A stretch of DNA of 64,000 nucleotides from Chrysomallon squamiferum (Eukaryota; Animalia; Mollusca). The notes beneath the pieces were generated by a model. That model had not been told where the DNA came from. It did no database searches and saw only the letters and a program-made list of their open reading frames with translations. Positions 52,201 to 64,000 of this stretch are shown here, in pieces (the stretch's first letter is position 1; each line of letters begins with the position of its first letter). The DNA is taken from assembly GCA_012295275.1 (NCBI GenBank), contig CM022679.1, positions 20,336,001 to 20,400,000 of the forward strand. Direction: 5' to 3'. The translations under genes and the position numbers were made by a program.

Positions 52201-55200
52201 CTGTCATCTTTGCTGGGTGTGTGTATGAGGGTATTTATGGTTTATGGTAAGGGACATAAATCATGTTTTTCTCTGCACAAATGCACATATTGGTGTAAAG
52301 TAATTAATTAGTGATAAAATATTGCCATGCTTGGTGAGAAAGGACACATGCTGTTATAAATTTTACATTAATTATATTTGTGCAACAGTCATAATTTTAA
52401 TTTTTATTTTTTTTTATTTTTTAAAATTTTATTTATTTGTTGTTGTTTTTTTATATTTTAAATTATTCAGAAAAGTGATTAAAATTACAGAGGTCTGCAG
52501 TGACAGGTATAACTTCTGGTGGTGACATTGTTAATAACTTTTAAGTTCATACTGGAATAAAAATGTATAGGTTATGAAAACACAGTAATAAAAAAATTAA
52601 AATCCTATTTAAATATTAAATACTTTGAACTCAGTAATCAAGACATAGATTAATTTTGAATTTCAGAAAGTGAAACTAATTGTGTGTATGTGGAAATTAA
52701 TGCTTAATATATTTAAATAAATGTAAATATTTTGTGAAGAAATTACACAGTTGTTGTATTAACAAAAAGAGCTAACAATAAATATACATAAACAAAACAA
52801 GAAATTTTTATTTTATTTTAAATTATGAAATGATTTAAATTGTCATACAGAAAGTGTTTTTATACTTTGTGAATTGACAGTTTTATTTTTGAACATTTCA
52901 AGTATTAATGTGATATGCCAGGAAATCTAAGCTTGAAATGGTTTCAATACTGTTGTAGGATTTATGACGTCAAGTTTATATATCAGATAAATTTCTCAAG
53001 TTGTAAACAATTCCTGTTTTGTGAGTCAGTACTTAAGCACAATGGTATTAATAATGAGCTTAGAAAAATAAATAAATTATAAACAAAAATATTTTTGTAT
53101 TTTTTTAAAAGAAAACATTTCAAAGAGTCAAACATTGCTTTATCATATTTTTTTTTGTAGCATGAAATGTTTTTGAAAAAAGAAGTTAAACAATCTTTCT
53201 AAACAATATTTCCTGTGCTAACGATATTTTGTATTTATTTTATTAAAATTTAAGGAAAGAAATATACTGAAATAATTCAGCAATTAAATTGGATAAGAAA
53301 ATGAAATAATATTCATCAGAAAAAAAAAAATGCATATGCAACGTTGTTGAATATTGCATGTCACACAGTATTCTTGATACTCTGGAATCATTTCTTTCAT
53401 ACTTTGGAATAAATCATTTCTAATATGATCAGCATGAGTGAATGAATTCTTAACAACACCTCCTTGGCATATTTTGATATAAACCATTATTTTAGGGATC
53501 ACTTGCTTGTTTGTTATACAGTTATTATTTGAAAGATGAAATATAGTACTACCACCCCATGGTATATTCTAAAAGTTACATTCCTTCTTCTAGGAAAGGA
53601 GATACCACAACCTTTGATTATCTAGTGATGAAGCCCTGACCATGCACATAAAAACAGTTTAAATGAGGCTCTGAGAAGATTTGATCCTTTGACTTCTCAT
53701 TCCTCCTATCTGCAGTCTATTAGCAACATCCCATTACTTTGATTTTATTTATCTGAAAGAAGAAAAACCAACAATAGATGAACATTTACACATCATTAAG
53801 GAAATCAACATATAATTGTTTGGTTATTGACCTTATGTAGAAATTAAAATGCAAATTGTCATATCATGTTTGTGAATAATGCTGAGAGGAGGTTAGGCAG
53901 TTTCTGTTAAATACTACAGTAATACGATAATGCTGCATGGTTTCTCATTTTCAGTGTCTACTTTTAATGACTTACTTCAATTACTCTTACAATACCTATC
54001 AGCTTTCTTTGTTAAAACTGTTGTAGTTTGTGCAGTTTGTTGTTAAAGATTGTACGCCTCAGTGAACAGACATGTAAAAATATAAATGATTTAAACAGTA
54101 TTAAAATGATGACAACAATAAAAACACACATGTATATAAAAAAAAAAGACTTCAATAACAATAAAAATAATATGAAACTAATGCCAGTAATCATAACAAT
54201 ATATATAATTATAACGGACTAGTGTGTTTGTCTGTCAAAAAATATTAACAACAACAAAATCAAATATCAGCTGTTTTCATTCTTACAAGATAGACTATTA
54301 ATTATTTAGTAATTTTTTCTTTTGTTCAGCAAATAAACTGTAATTGTTTAAATGATGGCTGCCTGAACTGCAGTACAAGACATAACTAAAGACTCAAGGC
54401 TGATTTCTCCACAATAGGATTGACACCTGTGAAACGGCAAGTTACTTGGGTGCAAACATGTGTCTCAAATGAACCATATTATTGTTTGCTAGCTGTATAC
54501 ATTATAGTTCTTGGTAGAAATGTGTGTCACACTGATATTTGTCATAATCTGGAGTAACTGAAAATATAATGCACTTTTATTACTGTCGGTCACAATAATT
54601 TCATCAGTTTTATCTAAATAATTTTTATCTTCTTTGATGATGATACTACCCAATTTCTTTTTTTTTTTTTTTTTTTAATTTTTGATTTATTATTATTATT
54701 ATTATTTTTTAATTATTTTATTATTGTGATTTTTTTTGCATTATAACTGTAAATAATGTAGATTATATGTCAAATTATTAAAATTATTAATGAGAGAGAG
54801 AGTTCAAATTTAAAACTTTATTTATTTAGTTCTGATCTCTTCCTAAAATGATTTACAGCGGCTATAAATAAAACTGATAATCTTTTATTTATTTAGCTTT
54901 GTATTTTTTTAAATTACAATTAGACGTGAACACTCACAGACATGGTGATACAAAGGTAAAGCTTATTTCTTACAGACTATAAAAAGTCAGATTATTTAAT
55001 TTGACAAGTTAAGCAGATTAGCCTAATGATATTCTCAGCCAACATAAAAAAAAGTAAAAATGTCCCAGGTCCTCACCTGGTCAGCTATCTGGCAGCTCTG
55101 CAATCCTTTAAGTTGTTAGAGTAAATAGTCACTGTGAACAAAAGAGAAGGAGAGAAAACAATGGAGAAGAGGCACCCTGCAGTTTGCTGTTTATCACTGC

Positions 55201-58200
55201 GTGCTGCAGTGTGTCAGCCGATATACAAATTGACAAAACCCAGGGATTACCCTCTTAAGAAGAAAAACACACTGATTTCAAGATGGGTGCTGTGTACTGA
55301 TTATTAATGTCAGTTTCCTTTATCAATACCAGGCTTTTATGTTTGTATTTGTAAGCATTTATCTTCAATTAAGCATTTATACATATATTAACATATAGAA
55401 AAAGAAGTAGAAAATGTGAGACACATGCACACAGAATGAATCAGCCTAGTTTAAACAAGTTTGTTTTATGAAGTTTTAATTCAGTGAAATAAAAGATAAT
55501 ATAACACTTGTGAAGAAGCAGACACATATGTTTGTATATTATGTACAAGTTAAGCATATATAGATTATTATTATAGTTGAAAAACATGTATAGGTATTTG
55601 CATTTATAAAAGAACAATATAAATAAATGCTGAATTTTATTATGCAATTTCTGTGGCATGGAGCCTAAAATTATGACTTTTTTTCACCAATCTAATTACA
55701 CATATTGAAAAGTGTAATGTGGATGTAGTTTTCATGAGTTACATAATTATAGATAAACATCATTTTTAAACATTTTCTATTTGACTATTTTATAATTTAA
55801 TACAGTTTAATTTCACTAGCTGTTAAAATGTTTTTTGTTTTTCCGATCAAAATTCATCAGATTAGTGTGGTCTAATTGACATAAACTTTGAACTGTTTAT
55901 ATATAATTATCTCATGCATTTTATTAGTAAAGTTTACTTGGTATCATTTAGGATCATATTCTTGTTTTTTCACACTATAATACTTTAAAGCATTTTATTT
56001 CTCAATAATGTATGAATCAGGCTTAAATTAACAAACCATTCTTTTGAAGTTTTTTTTTTATCTTTCTTTCTCTTTTATATTAACAACCATAAATATTTAA
56101 AAAAAGAAGAAAAGTCCCTTTTAATATTGTTGGGTGAGTCACAGCAATTTCTGTGATTTGTGATTATTTAAACTGACAGATTACTTTTGTTAATCTGTCA
56201 CTTTTCTGTTTTGTTATGGTTGTTGTTTCTGAATTCTGCACCACTTGGAGCATCAATACTTGGGAACAAGCAGCCAGTATAGTGACTGATACGTAGCTTC
56301 AATAGATATAGTACTTCAAAGAAGGGCTCCTTTCTTGTTAAGGACAGTTGAGGGGAACAGGTTCAGGGTTTCCACATTGGCCTGTCATATGATCAAAGAC
56401 ACTCCGTTGAGTCATTTACTTCTGTTTCGTGTCCTTGGGTGCTCCCATTTTGCCTCTTTTCTAAGCTACTTGTTGTGGTCCTTTGAAGCTACAATAATTT
56501 AATAACAGATAAAAATGAGCCCTGTTCCATGTTGTTGGAGCAACTGTTAAGTTGTCATCACGTTGGGAGAAAAAGAAATTGGTGCTCTTTGTTTTGTGCC
56601 GTTTGCAATTGAAATCTTAATATTTATATATTTGTCTCATATATTAAATAATAAGTTTTGTTTATAACAGTTTTTTCAATTAATAAAAAAATATAATATA
56701 TGATTAATTTTGTTTTCTTTTTTTTTAAATATTTAAATATATTATGTAGTAAAATAATATATGTAATTCAGTTTTAAATGTAATACCCATTTTTGTTAAT
56801 AAATATTTAGAAATATAATTATTCTAAAAAGTTTGGATAAAAAAAATAATACAAGATAACTAGTGAAATAATTACGTTAAGGAAGTTTATTTTTATATAA
56901 ACCTTTTTTTTTTCTCTCTTTTTTTTTTTTTAAATGATAAAGCATTTAAAAAAATAATAAATAAATAAATAAAAGTATTTCTCATAGAGTTTAAAGTTCA
57001 GTGTTAGTAACTTTCAGTTACTGTTTTAGTTTAACAATTTTTTTTTATTATTACAATAAAATCTTGTTTTTCTGTTGAATGGTTTCCTATAGCCTTGATT
57101 GCAATGTTGTTGTTGGTGTTACATAAAACAGCAGACTGTGTGGTTGCACCTCCGAACTAAAAGTTGTAGGAGTTGGAGCTGAAACCTGATCTAGACTATC
57201 AGGTTTGACGGGAATGTAAACATTCTTTGATCTTTGGGAAGTCATCTTGAGTGGAAGCAATTTCCCTCAAGAGCCCACTGCCTGCTGCTTGTGAATGGAG
57301 AAGCAAAAACTATTTGCATACACACATGTAATTATCTGTATTCTGTTAGGCCTTTTCCTTTTTTTTTTTTTTTTTTTCTTTGTGTTTCACAAAAAGAAAA
57401 AGATTATTTTTAGTCTGCTTAATACAAAACTGCTTACATGTATCTATGTCAGTGTAGACCTCTCAAAAAATAAATAAAAAATGCATTTGTTTGATAACAC
57501 AAAAAGTAAATGCATTCACACATTTAGTTGTTTGATTTAAAATATGAGCTTGTCTTTGTCTTTATCTTATAAAAAAATATTTTGTTAGAGGTCTTTTTCT
57601 CCATTCTTTGTTACCTTTTTCTTTTGTTTTATCTTTTAAAATGGTCTTTGTTAGTATAAAAACTATTTTCTGTTTTCTTATTATTATCTGTTAGGCCTTT
57701 TCATTTATTTTTTTATTAATTGGGTTTATTTTCTTTTGTTTTTTATTTTGACTTAAAAATTCTTTTCACTGTTTTTTTTTTAGAATTGTTTCAAATATTT
57801 TTAATTATGGTTCTTTCTGCTTTTTAAAAATTTTTTTTTTTTTTTTTTTTTTTTTGAAATCTGTAATTAAAATCTTCAATGATATAATTTAAATTAACAA
57901 CCAATTTAATTTTCATTACTTTTTGTATTGTATTTCTTGCTAAAGAAATGGTGCAATAAACTGGTGGTAATTCACACATACACGGTAATGGCAAACACAA
58001 AACCTAGATCTTGCTGGACAGTCAGTGCTTTTAACTGCCTGATGCTATTTTATGTTCAAAAATAAACAGTCAGTCTTAATTGTAACCTTTAAAGTGTAGT
58101 CTTTTGATGTAGTTGTAAAAGGTTATTTTACTAAACTTTGTTGCAAGATGATGAAAACAGATTTCTTTTGAACACAGCATGACATCTGACCAACAAATAC

Positions 58201-61200
58201 CTGTTTGTTTGTTTACTGCAGTAAAATTTTATAAATTATTATTATTATATTTTTTTTTTTCTCTGAAAGAAATGTTTTCATTGGCTTATGTCATTGTTTT
58301 ACTATGTAAATTTTAGTTTTCTTTTTTTTAATCTGTTCACTACAAGGACTTGTTTTGTATTTTTTTAAATTATTTAATTACTTATTTACTTATTTACTTA
58401 TTTTCTTATTTATTTGTTTATTTATTTATTTATAAAACATTCATTCATTTCCCCCCCCCCCTTTGAAATGATAAATTCCTTTAACATTCTGCAAGGATCT
58501 GTTAAATAAGTAGTAAACATTCAACAGTTCTTATTTCTGAATGTTACTAAAAAGAGCAGTATTTCCAAATTGGGATTGTTGTTTTGTCTGCCTGTCTCAA
58601 AAAAAAAAAAAAGAATGAAAGTAACAGAATTAAGTGACTGGAAACAAAAATGTATTAACCAGGCTTACTATGAGGAGTGCAGTTTTGACTTCAGAATGTA
58701 AATACCAACCATTCTGTTGATGAAATATCTGTGTAGTTGTTGGTAATTGCTAGGAAATATAAATCAGAACAGGCATGTAATAACATACATCATTGTCTCT
58801 GTCTGCTTTAACGTATACCCACACCTTCCCCGTGTGTGCAGGGATGGGCTACTTGAATAAAGCACTGTATTTGTAACAGGAGTTTTGTCATGTAAAGCAG
58901 TGGTACATAATACGAAGCCGATACATGTGTGTTAAGTATGCAGATGTGAATGGAAATTAAAACAAAACACTCAGAAACGGGAAATGTATATATATAAAGA
59001 ATGTCCAATGTTGTATTGAAACATTCTGTGAAGTTTAAAAAAAAAAAAGAAACTTGATCAGAAATGGAACATTAAATTTAGTTCTTTAGTGTATTGTTTA
59101 GTTGGTGATAATTTTCATGTTTTTTTAATGATCAGATATTTTAATTTGCACATATTACAGAATATGATGACGATGATGACAATGAAAATAATTTATTGAA
59201 ACCTGCATTTGTTTCTTCAACTTATGTCTAGCCAAAATTTGTAGTAAGATCAATAATATGCATTGAAATGTAGATTTTAACAGCAGTAATAATAGTAATT
59301 TCCAGAAAGGGTTAATTTTGATACATTTCTTCTTCATTAATGGGAGTGAAGTTTTCCTAATTTATGTATTTTATTTAAATTATTATAATCTGTTTTACTG
59401 GCATTTACATGTCGTCTATTTTGGTAACAAAGTTAAATATACATAGTTTAATTTTTAAATTTTTAAAATTTGTATAATAATTACTATAAAAGTATCTTTG
59501 TTTACCTTTCAACACAACTTATAAAAGCTAATACTGAAAGCTTGCAGTTATATCTTATTTTCTTTATATTAGATAAAATGTGTAATTATCATTTCAGTCT
59601 TTATAATTCAGGACAAAAACACATTTAATATGACATTTAATAATAAATTATATTTAACAGCCAGTAGTCATACTATATTTCTAAACTGAATGTTTTTATT
59701 AATTCATTTCTAATTAATCACTAATATTATTATTATTATATTTCTTATTATTATGCTAATAAAACTTGAAATAACAGTTGTAAAACTAGTGGTAGTAATG
59801 AAAACACTATTTTACAGATGCTTGTAATACAGGTGTTAAAAAGCAGTGGTGACAACAGATGCAAATTTTATTAATCTGAACTGCTTAGGTCATGCAATTA
59901 ACCTGCTTTTGGTTTTTTGTTTATTATATTCCTGGTAATAATGATAACTGTAATAAAAATAAATGTATATGTACATTTTAAAACCAGTAACAATCAAAAT
60001 CACAGACAGATTTATTAAGTTCAACCACTTCCGATGCAACTTGATGGTTATAATAGAAAAACTGCATTAATATAGATCGAAAAACCATTGATAATACAAA
60101 ACAGTAACTGATTTTCTTGATTTTAGCTTTAATGTGTAATTCTTGTAATGATGTTAATAAAATACAATTTTAAATAAGGCTTAGAGTACAGATACACAAA
60201 TCAAAAATGATACAAGACCAAAACCGATTTTACTATTTTCAGCTGACATTTATTTCTCTCATGCTAGTTAAATGAACAGTACAGTTTGAAACTGATACAT
60301 GGTTAAGATGTAACTGTAGGTTTAAAAACAAGTATCCCACAAGACGAGAGAGATGGCTTTGCACTCATTAGCTCATTCATATGAGTTGAACAAATGGGCA
60401 GTTGAACACAACACAACACATGTTGACAGACCTCCAAAGCAAGACTTAAAGCCAGCACTCCATCCAAGTCATCTTCTGTTGGCAAAACACAACAGGAAAT
60501 TCACATCCTGCTTCTTTGATCAAGATAAAAAAAAAATGAATTTTCTTCTCTTTTTTTACCCCCATGACCCCCTTAAACATGAGTCATTTAATGAAGATCA
60601 GCTTTATTTTTACTACAGGCTAATTGTTCACCTTGTGGAGGTGAGACAGACTGGTTTTCTCTTTTATTACCTGTATAGAGTTTCACATCATCTGCATGTT
60701 TCGCTTGGTCGCTTCTGTGTGATGACCTAATACAAGTTACAACTGTAGACTAAACTTTTTCTTACTGAAAGCCATATTGGTTGATCTTTGAATATATCAG
60801 AAGGATCTTTGCTGTAAAGCAAGAGTTAATATTTAAGCTATTAAAAAATAAGTTCTTTTGTATTATTTTAAACTGTGAAGTTCACCTGTTGAACACTGCA
60901 GCTGTGTGTGTGACCAAATGGGTTTGGGCTTTAAAGGTTTTAGATTAGTACTAATAAATGATGTTCATGCAGCATTAAGACTCATTCAGGTGCTTCAGTG
61001 CATGTTAACCAGGTTTAAGCAATGGATATTTAAAAGAATTAAAAAGAAAGACAAAGAAAAGAAAACCAGATGGTCAATTTCATGGTTAATTAACTTCCAC
61101 GAGAATGTTCATGATCATTTGACAGACTTCTGGCAGCTTGTTTTTTTTTATTAAACGAAAGGTGTGTAGCTCTTTTGAAATAGGTTGGAATAATTCATAT

Positions 61201-64000
61201 TGTTTCATCATGCTCAGAGTTGAGTAATTGGTCTGGAATCAAAAAGATAAGAACTGCTTGTACTCTTTAATAATGGTCTTCTAACTGTTTCTGCATTTTT
61301 CATAATTGGTGCATTCTCAGTTTTAAATGTGGAAATACATTACTGCATTATTTATTTATTTTATCTATTTATTTTTTATTTTTTGCTATTATTATAATTT
61401 TTATAGTTGTAATTTTTTTTATCATTGAAAGAAAAGTGAGTATACAGCTGTGAAAGGTTGTTGCTGTGGTAACATATTGAAAACACAATAAATTACATGG
61501 TCGATTGGCTAGCTGAACTGAGACATTTTCTCCTTCAGCAGTGGCAGTTGGTGGCTGTAGTGGTGTGAAATGATGTGGAAAATTGACCAGACAACTTGTT
61601 TCATGTCTCTATGCTGGCCTTGGAAGCTCATCCATGTCAATTTTCACCTGTTTTATATATTTATTTGTATTTGATGACTATGCAAGTTACTGACATACCT
61701 TGAAGAACTATTTTTACATAACCTTAAACCACATTTAACTTTTTTCTTTTTTTTTAAATGCACAAACACACACACACACACATTGATATATATATAATGC
61801 ATGCTTATGTGGGATATTTTAAAGATCAGTTAAATATATCAACAAAAACTCGGCCACAAGGTAAAATACATTTCTTAAAAATAGTTACTAGATATTTAAC
61901 AGCAAATAATAATAAGTGAAATCAAACTGCTGTCACCTCATAGGCATTTTTTAACAATTAGCAACAAAGCATATTTTATAGCACTTACCACTTACATTTT
62001 AAAAGAAGAAGAAACCCACATGATGTATGATTTGATAAGGCAGTTACCCAGCATTGGCTAGAATGTGATGTTTAGCTTAAAAGAGAAAAATACCTCAGTA
62101 CTCAGAAAATGCAATTATTAATATTAATAATGTCCAGGCTGCAACAGAATAGTTTTCTTACATACAAAGATTATTTTTGGGAATATTGAACATTAGCCTT
62201 TAAGTAGATACATTTTTTTTTTTTTTCTCTTCAGATATTTTGGTCTTCCAGGTAAATACTTACTTTAGAAAATTAATATTTCACATAGATTAATTTACTC
62301 TTTAATTTAAGTGAAAGCCAAACAAGTCATAGAATAAGGTACAAGTATTTTTATAAACCATGATTTTAGTAATTATAATACAGGATTTTGGCATATTGCT
62401 TACATTATTATTATTTTTCATTTTTGTATATCTGAAACTTTTTATTTATATTGTTTTTGTATACAGTATCAGTGTCAGTGTAAAATTAAATTCAAGAATT
62501 TAGGATAGAAATAAAAAATAATCATTAAAATTTAAATAAATTTCCATTTTAAAAATTTTTTACTTGTAAAATAATTTATGTGTAATTAAATATTTTGATA
62601 AAAAATAATTGAATTTAAATGGTGGGAAAAAGGTTTTGAAATGTGCTTTTCACATTGTTTTTGTTACTGTTTATAAATTCAATAAATTTAAATTAATATT
62701 GAAAACTAAAAAGGCTGGACATTAATAATTTTTGGTACTGTGTCAGGGTATAGTTGTATTAATTATTAGATGTGTATGTTCTTCTGTGTTGTAAACAGAT
62801 AAAAGTTTATGATCCACTGATGCACAAGATCAATATTTTTAAATTTGTAAGATTTAAAAACAATCTTGTAATCATTTCTATAGTACAGTATTAATACTGA
62901 AGAGTTATTTATTTATTTATTTTGCATTAGGAGAAAGGAGAAAGCTCAAAGTCTGATGTATTTTGTTATTGCTTAGTAACAATTGTTGTTTATATTTTTT
63001 GTATTAATAGTAGCACTTATAATAGTATAGTCAGAGTGTGCATAGTACATATTATATCCTGGCTTTAATTTGTAAAATTAATTTTCAGTAAAGAAAATAT
63101 GACACTCCACTTCTTTATACCTGATGATTTTTTATAACAGAACATAATTGTTGAAAGCTTTCTGTCACAATAATGCTTTTTTCCCAGTGGGATAAATGGA
63201 ACTTGAAGAACTAATAATAATTGTACTGGCTTTTTTCAGACTGCTTTATGGAGGAACATGCTTCAATTCCCTCAGCTTTTAACTTTTTCCTTCATCTTTA
63301 TATTCCCTCAGCTCACAATTCCCCTTGTTTTATGTCCCTTCAGCTCTGTGTTCTCTCAGCTTTATGTTTCTACAGCTCTGTGCTTCCTTAGTCTTTTGTG
63401 TTTATGAACTGAAGACTGCTCCATGACATCATAGTCTTGTAACATCATAATATTTTTTGTTACCAGGTTTTATATATAAAATAGAGCTAACTTTATAATG
63501 CTGTAAGACTTAAATGTTTTGTACATATCCCATTTTTTAATTCCAGCCTTTGTTTAGAAATAAGAAAACAGAGTTGATTAGGTTTACACTACTCCAAGAT
63601 GTGTACTACACAGCCTAGTGTTCTTGTTCCAGCTTTTATTTGTGTCAAGCATGTGGAAGTACTGACACAGAAAATGGTTGTGCTATAAGAGCATATTATT
63701 ATTGCTAAAAGAACCTATTCCTTTTGATCACTGGGCCATGAATGAAAGCAACGAAGCCTACACTTTTATTTATCAGCTTGGTAAATCCATTTTGGTTTGG
63801 TTGCCAATGATTCGCAAGTGCTCGGCTTGCTGGACGTACATTCAAGTGAGCAGGCCTGGTGCGAATCAAATTTACAGTTTGAGAGAAATGATTAAATTGG
63901 GCATGTGTATTCGAGTGCATGCATGCCTATGTTGATTGCTTCCATCTGGTCCATGGACTCTTGCTCAAATTTACACAGTGATGATTGAAATAGATAAAGA
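49290..64000 (+). other. TCF: Large TCF intron (no HMG-box or other recognisable TCF exon found before the window end)
   Basis: Follows the exon 2 donor. AT-rich and CpG-depleted from about 49.6 kb, with no convincing coding stretch. Small exons could have been missed. Confidence 0.7.
56130..56600. promoter_or_regulatory. Candidate intronic enhancer (TCF x3, AP-1 x2, Runx, palindromic TGACAGATTA pair)
   Basis: CTTCAAAG 56314-56321, GATCAAAG 56391-56398, CCTTTGAAG 56480-56488 abutting TGTGGT 56474-56479, TGAGTCA at 56135 and 56408. Locally higher GC than the flanks. Confidence 0.5.

Noticed and set aside
9766-52972. Isolated full CRE palindromes TGACGTCA (9766-9773, 52965-52972)
   Set aside because: Two 8-mers in 64 kb is near chance expectation, with no supporting cluster.
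60353-60730. 125-aa plus-strand ORF in the TCF intron as a further TCF exon
   Set aside because: No similarity to TCF context-regulatory or HMG regions and no convincing splice boundaries.
63268-63385. Five short CAGCT-cored degenerate repeats (CCCTCAGCT...)
   Set aside because: Too short and irregular to assign; probably a decayed minisatellite.
1-64000. tRNA, rRNA or snRNA genes and intact transposase/RT ORFs
   Set aside because: None recognised by eye. tRNAscan-SE, Infernal and RepeatMasker would be needed to exclude them.

Overview
AT-rich, microsatellite-rich animal genomic DNA. An invertebrate, probably lophotrochozoan/mollusc-like, origin is inferred from the TCF N-terminus and the mosaic CpG pattern. 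The one confidently identifiable gene is the 5' end of TCF/LEF (pangolin/TCF7L2-like) on the + strand. Coding exon 1 (48929-49072) encodes the beta-catenin-binding domain, exon 2 is at 49217-49289, and a long intron then runs toward or past the window end. The TCF promoter and first introns carry a dense cluster of optimal TCF sites: five exact CCTTTGATCT copies in about 3 kb, several paired with GCCGCC-type Helper sites. CTCF-like, NF-kB, paired CCAAT and YY1 motifs and two abutting uORFs are also present, which together suggest an autoregulatory Wnt module. Upstream lies a ~40-kb non-coding, CpG-retaining interval of short complex islands, many with TCF+Helper pairs, separated by microsatellites. 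The left ~8.8 kb is CpG-depleted and holds a divergently oriented, partly degenerate minus-strand gene with duplicated microexons, an L1/Tx1-type LINE remnant and two minisatellites (69-bp and 57-bp units). Nearly all ORFs in the supplied track are low-complexity artefacts. All motif counts were made by eye.
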